The notes under the pieces were generated by a model. It was not told the DNA's origin and did not search any database. It saw only the letters and a list, made by a program, of their open reading frames with translations. 64,000 nt of DNA from Squalus acanthias (Eukaryota), in contig CM059432.1 in the NCBI GenBank assembly GCA_030390025.1, forward strand, positions 21,082,001 through 21,146,000, in the 5' to 3' direction. Each line of letters begins with the position of its first letter. Position 1 is the first letter of the stretch. This document shows, piece after piece, positions 9,249 to 20,583 of the stretch. The position numbers and the translations under genes were made by a program.

Positions 9249-12178
9249 CTAATCCCATTTTCCAGCACTTGGTCCGTAGCCTTGTATGCTATGGCGTTTC
9301 AAGTGCTCATCTAAATGCTTCTTGAATGTTTTGAGGGTTCCTGCCTCTACCACCCTTTCAGGCAGTGAGCTCCAGATTCCAACCACCCTCTGGGTGAAAA
9401 AGTTTTTCCTCAAATCCCCTCTAAACCTCCTGCCCCTTACCTTGAAACTATGCCCCCTTGTTATTGAGCCCTCTACTAAGGGGAAAAGTTCCTTTCTATC
9501 TACCCTATCTATGCCCCTCATAATTTTGTACATCTCAATCAGGTCCCCCCTCAGCCTTCTCTGCTCTAAGGAAAACAACCCCAGCCTGTCCAGTCTCTCT
9601 TCATAGCTGAAGCGCTCCAGCCAGGTAACATCCTGGTGAATCTCCTCTGCACCCTCTCCAATGCAATCACATCCCTCCTATAGTGTGGTGACCAGAACTG
9701 CACACAGTATTCCAGCTGTGGCCTAACTAGCGTTTTTTGTATAGCTCCATCATAACCTCCCTGCTCTTATATTCTATGCCTTGGCTAATGAAGGCAAGTA
9801 TCCCATATGCCTTTTTAACCACCTTATCTACCTGTCCTCCTGCCTTCAGGGATCTATGTACATGCACACCAAGGTCCCTCTGATCCTCTGTCTTTCCTAG
9901 GAGCCTACCATTCATTGTGTATTCCCTTGCCTTGTTTGTCCTCCCAAAATGCATCACCTCACACTTTTCAGGGTTAAATTCCATTTGCCACTGTTCTGCC
10001 CATCTAACCATCCCGTCTATATCGTCCTGTAGCCTGAGGCTTCCCTCCTCGCTATTTACCACTCCACCAATTTTCGTGTCATCTGCGAATTTACTGATCA
10101 TACCTCCTACATTCATATCTAAATCATTAATGTACACTACAAACAGCAAAGGACCCAGCACCGATCCCTGCGGTACACCACTGGACACAGGCTTCCAGTC
10201 ACAAAAACAACCTTCGACCATCACCCACTGCCTCCTGCCACTAAGCCATTTTTGGATCCAATGTGCCAAATTGCCCTGGATCCCATGGGCTCTTACCTTC
10301 TTGACCAGTCTCCCATGTGGGACTTTGTCAAATGCCTTACTGAAGTCCATGTAGACTACATCAACTGCACTACCCTCATCCACACACCTAGTCACCCCCT
10401 CGAAAAATTCAATCAAATTGGTCAGACATGATCTCCCCCTGACAAAGCCATGCTGACTATCCCTGATTAATCCCTGCCTCTCAAAGTGGAGACTGATTCT
10501 GTCCCTCAGAATTTTTTCCAATAATTTCCCTACCACTGATGTTAGGCTCACTGGCCTGTAATTCCCTGGTTTATCCCTACTACCCTCCTTGAACAATGTT
10601 ACTGCGTTAGCTGTTCTCCAGTCCTCTGGCACCTCCCCTGTGGCCAGAGAGGTTCTGAAAATTTGTGTCAGAGCCCCTGCAATCTCCTCCCTTGCCTCAC
10701 ACAGCAGCCTGGATACATTCCGTCAGGGCCTGGGGATTTATCCAGTTTTAAGCCTGCTAAAACCGCTAGTACCTCCTCCCTCTCAATACTAATTTGTTCA
10801 AGTATGTCACAATCCCCCTGCCTGTTTTCTATGCCTACATCACCCTTGTCCATAGTGAACACAGATGCAAAATATTCATTTAAAACCTCACCTACATCTT
10901 CCGGCTCTACACACAGATTGCCACTTTGGTCCCTAATGGGCCCTACTCTTTCCCTGGTTATCCTCTTGCCCTTAATATACTTATAAAACACCTTGGGATT
11001 TTCCTTTATTTTGCCTGCCAGTGTTTTTTCATGCCCCCTCTTTGCTCTCCTAATTTCTTTTTTAAGTACTCCCCCTGCACTTTCTATACTCCTGTTTTTA
11101 GTCCTTTGTATCTGCCAAAAGCCTCCCTTTTTTTCCTAATCCATTCTTGTATATCCCTTGACATCCAGGGTTCCCTGGGCTTGTTGGTCCCACCCTTGAC
11201 CTTTACGGGAACATGTTGGCATTGTACTCTCTCTATTTCCTTTCTGAAAGACTCCCAATGCTCTGATGTGGATTTTCCTACAAGTAGCTGATCCCAGTCC
11301 ACTTTGGCCAGATCCTGCCTTATCATATTAAAATCGGCCTTCCCCCAATTTAGAACCTTTATTTCCGGTCCATCTTTGTCCTTTTCCATGACTACCTTAA
11401 ATCTCACCGAATTATGGTCACTGTCACCAAAATGCTCTCCTACTGACACTTCTACCACTTGCCCGGCTACATTCCCTAGAATTAGGTCCAGTATCGCCCC
11501 CTCTCTTGTAGGACTTTCTACATGCTGGCTCAAAAAGCTCTCCTGGATGCACTTTAAGAATTCCGCACCCTCTAAGCCTTTCACACTCTGACTATCCCAG
11601 TTAATATTGGGGAAGTTGAAATCCCCTACTATTATTACCCTATTATTTCTACACTTCTCTGAGATTTGCCTGCATATCTGTTCCTCTATCTCCCCCTGAC
11701 TGTTTGGGGGCCTATAGTACACTCCCAGCAAAGTGCTTGCCCCCTTTTTGTTTTTAAGTTCTACCCATATGGCCTTATTAGAGGAACCTGCTAAGATATC
11801 ATCCCTCCTTACAGCAGTAATTGACTCCTTGATTAATATTGCGACACCCCCTCCTCTTTTACACCCCCCTCTGTCTCGCCTTAAGATTCTATACCCTGGA
11901 ATATTGAGCTGCCAGTCCTGCCCCTCCCTCAACCATGTCTCTGTGATAGCAACAATATCATACTCCCATGTGTTCATCAACATCTTCAATTCATCTGCCT
12001 TACTCGCACGACTCCTTACATTAAAACAAATGCCATTTAGCCTTGCCATACTCCCTTGTGCCGTAACATATTTGCTCTGCCTTCCAGGCTGACTTGTTTT
12101 TTCCTCTATATTTGGCTGTCCATTACCCCCTCCTATAGCTCCACTCCGTATCCCATCCCCCTGCCAAGTTAGTTTAAA
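9249..12178 (-). pseudogene. CR1 ORF2: APE endonuclease plus reverse transcriptase, broken into 4-5 frames
   Basis: ORF 11084..12214 (AITETWL, GGGVA, YYRPP, GDFNFP, SDH), ORF 10668..10991, ORF 9727..10632 (NYRPVSL, DFSKAFD, GVPQGSVLGP, FADD) and ORF 9249..9578. Confidence 0.95.
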
Positions 12179-13111
12179 CCCGCCCCCCAACAGTACTAGC
12201 AAACCTCCCCGCAAGGATGTTGGTCCCGTTCTGGTTAAGGTGCAACCCGTCCGACTTGTACAGGTCCCACCTTCCCCAGAAGCAGACCCAGGAAACTAAA
12301 GCCTTCCCTCCTGCACCAACTCTTTAGCCACGCATTCATCTGTTCTATCCTCCTATTCCTATACTCACTAGCATGTGTCAGCAGGAGTAATCCAGAGATT
12401 ACAACCTTTGAGGTCCTGCTTTTTAATCTGCTACTTAGCTCCCTAAATTCTTGTTGCAGGACCTCATCCCTCTTTCTACACATGTCGTTGGTACCAATGT
12501 GAACCACGACCTCTGACTGTTCGCCCTCCCCCTTCAGAATGCCCTGCAGCCGTTCAGTGACATCCTTGACCCTGGCACCAGGGAGGCAACATACCATCCT
12601 TGAGGCACGTCTGCGGCCACAGAAACGTCTATCTGTTCCCCTTACGATAGAATCCCCTATCACTATTGCTCTCCCGCTCTTTTTCCTCCCCTCCTGTGTA
12701 GCTGAGCCACTCGTAGTGCCACGGACTTGGCTCTTGCTGCATTCCCCTGAGAAACTATCTCCCCCAGCAGTATCCAAAACGGAAAATCTGTTGGAGAGGG
12801 AGATGGACCCAGGGGACTTCTGCACTACCTTCCTAGTTCTTTTACTCTGTCTGGCGGTCACCCATTTCCTGTCTGCCTGTGCACTCTTTACCTGCGGTGT
12901 GACCACCTCGTTAAACGTGCTATCCACGAAGGTCTCAGCTTCGCGGATGCTCCACAGTGACTCCAGCCGCAGCTGCAGCTCTGAAACGCGGATTTCGAGT
13001 AGCTGCAGCTGGAGACACTTCCTGCACGTGTTCGCCCTGGACACCTAAAGTGTCCCTGACTTCCCACATAGCACAGGAGGAGCACTCCACGCAGCCGAGC
13101 TGCCCTGCCAT
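12169..13111 (-). pseudogene. CR1 ORF1: N-terminal Cys zinc-finger plus coiled coil plus SGNH esterase domain
   Basis: ATG at 13111 gives MAGQLGCVECSSCAMWEV..., then a frameshift into CRKCLQLQLLE. SGNH blocks VIGDSIVRG, CLPGARV, HIGTND, and after a second frameshift DGLHLN. Confidence 0.85.
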
Positions 13112-13992
13112 GTCCTACCCTTAATTTACTCCCTTTACTTCCTTTAAATTAAAGAATATTAAATACACTAGGGACCTTACTTCCCTTTAAACACTACTTA
13201 CTCTAAACTAGAGACCTTACTTTGACTTTAACGACTGGACTGTAGAAATACTCACCCGGTCCTACTTACCAATCAGCTCCTTCCCTGGTTGTGACGTCAC
13301 TTTAGCGGTTTCGCAGTTGTTGTTGTTTGACTGTTCCCGCTCTCGGACTCTTTCCTTGGTGTACAGTAAGAACCAATTCCTACAGGGTGAAAAGTTAGGA
13401 AAAACGAAGGCAAAGCAAGGGAGCTCCTCCTTCCACTCCTCACCTAACTCCCTGACTCACCCAACTCGCAGCGCTCTGTTTAAACCGCACTCAGTCTCTG
13501 CGCTCAGTCTCCACCCAGGGCCGCTCTCGCTGCTGCCGCCGGTGAGTCTGGGCCGCTCTCTCTCTCCCTGCTCTTTAAACCCTCGGTCTCTGCGCTCAGT
13601 CTCCACCCAGGGCCGCTCTCGCTGCCTCTGCCGCCGGTGAGTCTGAGCCGCTCTCTCTCTCCCCAGTATAAAGTGACTGGGTTTTAATATCTAGCTTGAA
13701 TTGTGAGTTGCATAACAGTCATTTACATAAGCTGCTTCATAGAGCCAGACAAAGGAAAGGAAAAAAGATGTGAATTTGGTTTTTTTCAGGGTAAATAATT
13801 CCCTGATTTTGAGCAACTTCACGCAGGTGAACACACCCACGTACTTAACTTTAGGTGTCTGCAGTTCTCGCATTTATGTGCAGGTACATGGTTTTGAGGC
13901 GTGAAATCCAAATCATGGCTTGTAATGCATTGAATGTGTGTCAGCAGGCTTTCGACATGCTTGATTCCTGCAACAGCCAGGGAAGATCAGCT

Positions 13993-14141
13993 CTTTTTTT
14001 ATGCGCTCATGGGATGTGGGCGTCGCTGGCAAGGCCAGCATTTATTGCCCATCCCTCGTTGCCCTCGAGAAGGTGGTGGTGAGCCACCTTCTTGAACCGC
14101 TGCAGTCCGTGTGGTGCAGGTACTCGCCACACGGACTGCAG
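13993..14141 (-). mobile_element. Family-B LINE 3' end fragment with a fold-back at its 5' junction
   Basis: Same 3' terminus as 2808-2900 and 20460-20583. 15-bp perfect inverted repeat at 14100-14114/14127-14141. Confidence 0.8.
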
Positions 14142-14923
14142 GTTTAGCGGCAGCACTGCTATATTGGCTACTGCAGCAAGTTTCAGCTGGTGCAGATGGT
14201 ATATTATAAACTTTGGCACATCTTTTCTTTACACTTTTAAATTAGTTTTATGAAAATTGGGATGGATTAAAAGTAACTAATTTGGAGCAAATCTTTGCGG
14301 CAGTGTTACACATAAAGTGAAGCAACAGTGTCGCAGTAAGCACAAAGAATGGTGCGCCTTTACCCTGATAGACATTCAGGTAATTAAGTTCTCTTCTTTA
14401 AATAGGTTTGCTCAATAATCATAGTTAAAGGACTTCATTGGAGAGCTTTGTTTTCATCTACTCCTGTAAAATGGATGTCTTGGAGTGGCATAGGACATAG
14501 GGGTTCCTTGACAGGATCTAATGGTCTTCTGTATCATCTATCCTGAGAGAAAATTAAAGTCCTCCGTCAGAGTATCCAACTATTTCTTGAAGGTGGTGGT
14601 GTGCCGCCGCCTTGAACCGCTGCAGTCCGTGTGGTGCAGGTTCTTGAATGGTTACACCTTCACCACTCTACCTGGAAGTCAGTTGCACATGTTGATCACT
14701 CTTCGTGTGAAGAAGACCCTTTTATTAGTTTGTGCCTGTGTCGCATTGCCCTAATTTTACATTTTCTTTGAAATAATGGCAGGGAATTTCCTCGGAGTTA
14801 CTCCCGCAGCACCGCAGTAACTTTGCCAGAAGTGCGGCGGAAACTGCAGCAAAGTTACCCTTCAGCCATTTTCTTATCTATTCCCAGGTTTTAACTCGAA
14901 CCCCCACTGCTTTAATCTTAAGT

Positions 14924-15084
14924 GAGAAGTCGCACAACACCAGGTTATAGTCCAACAGTTTTATTTGAAATCACGAGCTTTCGAAGGAGCGCTCCGAAAG
15001 CTCGTGATTTCAAATAAAACTGTTGGACTATAACCTGGTGTTGTGCGACTTCTCATTTTTGTCCAACACCGGCATCTCCGCATC
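14924..15084. mobile_element. Penelope-like retroelement remnant, fold-back (inverted terminal copies)
   Basis: Perfect 61-bp inverted repeat (14923-14983/14995-15055) and 12-bp TSD TTAATCTTAAGT (14912-14923, 15085-15096). The centre GAAGGAGCGCTCCGAAAGC is a partial hammerhead motif. Confidence 0.75.
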
Positions 15085-16557
15085 TTAATCTTAAGTACTA
15101 GCCTTTTATGAGGAACTTTGTCAAATACTTTTTAGAAGGCAAGATACATCATGTTGTAGAGTTTTCCACATTCCACTTGCTGTGTCATTTCTTCAAAAGC
15201 CAACGAGGTTGGTCAAGCAAGATCTGAATCCATATTGCTGCTGTTTACTCGGTTATTTCCAACCAGTTGTCAATTTTTTCCTGATAATTAGTTCCTTTAT
15301 TTTCATGGCACTGATGTAGGACTAATGGTTCTGCAGCTGCCTGAGTCTGTTTTGAAAATGGGCAGCACTTGCCCTGTTTCCAGTATACTGGGGTCTCCCT
15401 AGTATTCCTTGTGACCGTCACGGCCTCACAATTCTCCTACCTTGTCTCTCGGGGGTAAGTGCCATCTGTCCTTGTGGATTTATTTGTCTTGAGTCCCATG
15501 ATCCTGTCTAGGACGTAAATCAATTGTCAATTTTACACGGATTATTCCTATTTAGGGAGGGTATGTTTCTGCTATTTTCCCTTGTGAATATGACTTAAAA
15601 ACTGTTCCACTTATCCTTTGCTGAATTGGTGTTAAATGAATTGGCCCAATCAATTTTGTTTCATTGGAATTTGAGTCTTTGACCTGTTTCAGACTGATGA
15701 GTTGTTTTAATGTACATAGTTTTTCATATCTTTGCAACAGAAACAAGTAAATATATATTCCGCAAAGGTGGGGAAAAATGTTGAAAATCCTTTGGGACTG
15801 GCCTATCAATATGTTGAACTTACTGCTACCTCTGATGTGAAGCTGTATTTGTAGACCTCTGGGGAAAAAATACAGACCATCCCAAAGAGCATAAGACATT
15901 TTAGAAACAGCTAACTGCCTTCCCACTACAATCCTTAATCCCTTCTGTTCACTCTTATCGTTGGTGCTACACTAAATTTCTTTTAACCGTTCCTTTTTTT
16001 CTCAAATATATATGAATATTTCTAGAATATGAAATGTGTTCCCCAAGCCTTGGGCTTTATTGTGCTTCTTGTGAATATTGTTACTGGGTTGCATTTGTGT
16101 CAGTTTTATTGGCTGAGAATAGCTTTATAAACACAGCTGGAGTCCTCATAAACTATATTTATGCGGCAGAATCACATTTAGTTCACATCAAAATGATCAG
16201 TACGAAATGCGGCCGACAAATGTTTATGCAGACATATCCTGAAAAATGCACATCGGGATAGCCAAGAAATGCCATGTTGGGAGCAGGTCTTTGAGGATAA
16301 AAAAGTGACAATTTGCAAATCTTTGTACCATAGCCAGTTTAATCATTTATTCATCACTGAGTCTAAATGAAAGCCACAGAAAATGCAGAACAAAATGATG
16401 TTTCATGCAGAAGTGAGGAGACTTCTAAAACATGGCTCTGACTCTCAGGGAAAGTTGACAGTTGATTGATTCTGGTGCTCTGAGCATTGAGTCGATAAAG
16501 GAGGATCACTTTATATTGGATCAGGAATTTTATACACTGGGAATCAATGGTTTAACT

Positions 16558-17189
16558 CAGTGGTTCTCAAACTGGGGGGATGTGTGTGAGACCTATCTAG
16601 GTGGGATGCAGCCTGTGGTTAAAGCGAGCCAGAAGGCTTCAGTATGGTATCCAAGCTGCTTTTTAAAAAGACCTTGCTCCCAACAGTGTTGTCTTCTGCC
16701 CAGCAGCTCTCACTCCTTATTGTCCAAATATAGACAAGGTCCTTGCCATCCATGACCTCATTGTGGATGATTGCATTGACATCATGGCTTTGACTCAAAC
16801 ATGGCTCACGGATGATGACATCTTGGTCTTAACTGAACCCAACCTTCCAGCTATTCTTTCCACCACCTGCCCTGTCCGAACTGCCATGGTGGCAGTGTGG
16901 CTCTTAATCATGAAATCACATCTTTGTGTCTCCCCTTACTCCTCTAGCACCATTGCCTCCTTCGATCATCTCACCTTGTTCCACCCCTCTCGCACCTACT
17001 TTAAAATCCTTGTTCTCCACCTTGCCCTCAGGCCCGACCCCAAGATTCTCCCCGAGATATTCTCCTTCCATTTTTCCCTCGGCCTCTGCGTTGTGAGATC
17101 TCCGACTCGGTAATTTCAATTTCCATCTCAACTCACCATGACTCTTCATCAGTGCGCCCTATCTGGTTCTTGAAGTTTGAGAACCACTG
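16558..17189. mobile_element. hAT (Charlie-like) non-autonomous element containing an L2 endonuclease fragment
   Basis: 16-bp perfect TIRs CAGTGGTTCTCAAACT...AGTTTGAGAACCACTG and imperfect 8-bp TSD gtttaact/atttaacc. Internal 16735-17140 encodes DDCIDIMALTQTWL and a GNFNFH-like APE remnant. Confidence 0.8.
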
Positions 17190-18224
17190 ATTTAACCCAC
17201 TGCAGTCATACCCTTGGATTGAGACACTGTATGAGTCAGCATCAATAAATGATAGGGTATTGTGTTTCTGTTTCTGTTTTGCATCCTTTTAAGAGGGACA
17301 TGACTATTGGTTTCCTTCATAACCCTCGTGGCAACCAAGATTTTTATTCTCTCCTCTGGTGAAAGTAGTGACTCTTGTTTCCATGGGTACCAGACTCGCG
17401 GTACATTACCAAAATTGTCATTGTTCATGTGTTGGAAGGCTGTATAACTATGGGAGGGAGCATCATAGCCAATTCAGCATCGCCAGCCCAATTCCCACCC
17501 CACAGTTTTATTAATACACAAGCGCAAGTGTTGTGGGAAATGGGGAAGTATATGCTTCAGAAACAAATATGAGCAATGGCATAAGCACCACATGTGGTAT
17601 ATGTAAGTAAGCTTAAACTTAATTGTGGCATTGTAATTATTTACTAGAAGGAGTCCTGTACACACACCTTTGGATTGCGTAATTGGTTGCTGGCTTCCAT
17701 GCAGAAAGGTTAAATATCAATTAGCGCTTTCATCCTACAGATCGTTGTTTTGTTAAAAAGACTCCAGTGGGGGGAAAAAATGGAGAAATACTAATGAATT
17801 AAAAATTTCCATCATAGTTGACCTCCCTATTCTTTATATTTTACCAGAGCATGGACTGTGTTCACAATACGGTGTAATTTATTTGTTCAAGGGTGTTTAA
17901 AAGCTGAATCAAATCTCTGAGCTTCATCGAGAGAGAGGGCTTAATACATCATTCTTCTCACAGACCTACGACTCCTGATGTTGAGTAATGAGTTTCTTTA
18001 TCATACTTGGCATCAGTGTTGCTTTGCCAACCTACACTTAATTAATAAACAAACATTATTAATGAAAAGTGCTCTCGATTAATCTTCATTAAAAAAAAAT
18101 CAAACTGCTACTGAGCATTGCAGTAAGTTACTGGAGAATAAAAAGGACATACTTTGACTTAACTTTGTGAAGTGCAAAGCCTACAAGCGGTGTTATCTTA
18201 ACTTATTAGCATTGTTACATTAGA

Positions 18225-20583
18225 CTAGGACTGATGCAGGTGGTGAGAGAACCAACACGAGGGAAAAACCTACTTGACCTCGTCCTCACCAATCTACCTG
18301 TCGCAGATGCAACTGTCCATAACAGCATTGGGAGCAGTGAGCACCGCATAGTCCTTGTGGAGACAAAATCCCGTCTTTACACTGAGGACACATTCCATTG
18401 TGTTGTGTGGCACTACCACCGTGCTAAATGGGATAGATTCATAACAGATCTAGCAGATCAAAACTGGGCATCCATGAGGCGCTGTGGGCCATCAGCAGCA
18501 GCAGAATTGTATTCCACCACAATCTGTAACCTCATGGCCCCGCCTTGCCCTCACTCTACCATTACCATCAAGCCAGGGGACCAGCCCTGGTTCAATGAGG
18601 AGTGTAGAAGAGCATGCCAGGAACAGCACCAGGCGTACCTAAAAATGAGGTGCCAACCTGGGGAAGCTGCGACACAGGACTACATGCATGCTAAACAGCG
18701 GAAGCAGCATGCTATTGACAGAGCTAAGCAATTCCACAATCAACGGATCAGATCAGAGCTCTGCAGTCCAGCCACATCCAGTCGTAAATGGTGGTGGACA
18801 ATTAAACAACTAACGGGAGGAGGAGGCTTCATGAATATCCCCATCCTCAATGATGGTGGAGCCCAGCACGTGAGTGCAAAAGACAAGGCTGAAGTGTTTG
18901 CAACAATCTTCAGCCAGAAGTGCCGAGTGGATGATCCATATTGGCCTCCTCCTGAGGTCCCCACCATCACAGAAGCCAGTCTTCAGCTAGTTCGATTCAC
19001 TCCACGTGACATCAAGAAACGGCTGAGCGCACTGGATACAGCAAAAGCTATGGGCCCTGACAACATCCCGGCTATCGTGCTGAAGACTTGTGCTCCAGAA
19101 CTAGCCGCGCCTCTAGCCAAGCTGTTCCAGTACAGCTACAACACTGGCATCTACCCAACAATGTGGAAAATTGCCCAGGTATGTCCTGCCCACAGAAAGC
19201 AGGACAAATCTAATCCGGCCAATTACTGCCCCATCAGTCCACTCTCAATCATCAGCAAAGTGATGGAAGGTGTCGTCGACAATGCTATCCTGCGGCACTT
19301 ACTCACCAATAACCTGCTCACCGATGCTCGGTTTGGGTTCTGCCAGGACCACTCGGCTCCCGACCTCATTACAGCCTTGGTCCAAATATGGACAAAAGAG
19401 CTGAATTCCAGAGGTGAGGTGAGAGTGACTGCCCTTGACATCAAGGCAGCATTTAATTGAGTGTGGCATCAAGGAGCCCCAGTAAAATTGAAGTCAATGG
19501 GTATCAGGGGGATAATTCTCCACTGGCTGGAGTTATACCTAGCACAAAGGAAGATGGTTGTGGTGGTTGAAGGTGAATCATCACAGCCCGAGGACATCAC
19601 TGCAGGAGTTCCTCAGGGCAGTGTCCTAGGCCCAACTATCTTCAGCTGCTTCATCAATAACCTTCCCTCCATCATAAGGTCAGAAGTGGGGATGTTCGCT
19701 GATGATTGCACAGTGTTCAGTTCCATTCGCAACTCTGCAGTCCATGCCCGAATGTAGCAAGACCTGGATGACATTCAGGCTTGGGCTGAGAAGTGGAATG
19801 TAACATTCGCGCCACACAAATGCCAGGCAATGACGATCTCCAACAAGCGGGAGTCTAACCACCGCCCTTTGTCATTCAACGGCATTACTATTGCTGAATC
19901 CCCCACCATCAACATCCTGGGGGTCACCATTGACCAGAAACGTAACTGGACCAGCCACATAAATACTGTGGGTGTAAGAGCAGGTCAGAGGCTGGGTATT
20001 CTGTGGCGAGTGTCTCACCTCCTGACTCCCCAAAGCCTTTCCACCATCTACAAGGCACAAGTCAAGCATGTGATGGAATACTCTCCACTTGCCTGGATGA
20101 GTGCAGCTTCAACAACACTCAAGAAGCTTGACACCATCCAGGACAAAGCAGCCCGCTTGATTGGCACTCCATCCACCACCTTAAAAATTCACTCCCTCCA
20201 CCACCGGTGCATCGTGGCTGCAGTGTGTACCAACTACAAGATGCACTGCAGCAACTTGCCAAGGCTTCTTCAGCAGCACCTCCCAAACCCGCGACCTCTA
20301 CCGCCTAGAAGGACACGGGCAGCAGGCACATGGGAACACCATCATTTGCAAGTTCCCCTCCAAGTTACACAGCATCCTGACTTGAAAATATATCGCCATT
20401 CCTTCATCATCGCTAGGTCAAAATCCTGGAACTCCCTCCCTCACAACAGGGAGTACCTTCACCACACGGACTGCAGCAGTTCAAGAAGGCGGCTCACCAC
20501 CACCTTCTCAAGGGCAACTAGGGATGGGCAATAAATGCTGGCCTTGCCAGCGACGCCCACATCCCAGGAACAAATTTTAAAAA
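18225..20583 (+). mobile_element. 5'-truncated CR1/Jockey-group LINE (family B), APE C-end plus RT, few disablements
   Basis: ORF 18234..19460 (PTRGKNLLDLVLTN, GPDNIP, PANYCPIS, ALDIKAAF), ORF 19461..19757 (GVPQGSVLGP, FADD) and ORF 19830..20534. AATAAA and A-rich 3' end. Confidence 0.92.

Larger units (their letters stand above)
9167..13665 (-). mobile_element. Near full-length CR1 LINE (5'UTR, ORF1, ORF2, 3' tail), frameshifted
   Basis: A contiguous series of minus-strand ORFs, 3' tail of ACTCT(C/A)TG-type repeats at about 9167-9185, and a CpG-rich 5'UTR with an approximately 95-bp duplication (13479-13663). Confidence 0.95.

Noticed and set aside
9286..13048. Numerous + strand ORFs overlapping the CR1 (and similar ones over other LINEs)
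   Set aside because: They are antisense shadows of LINE coding sequence with no independent motifs.
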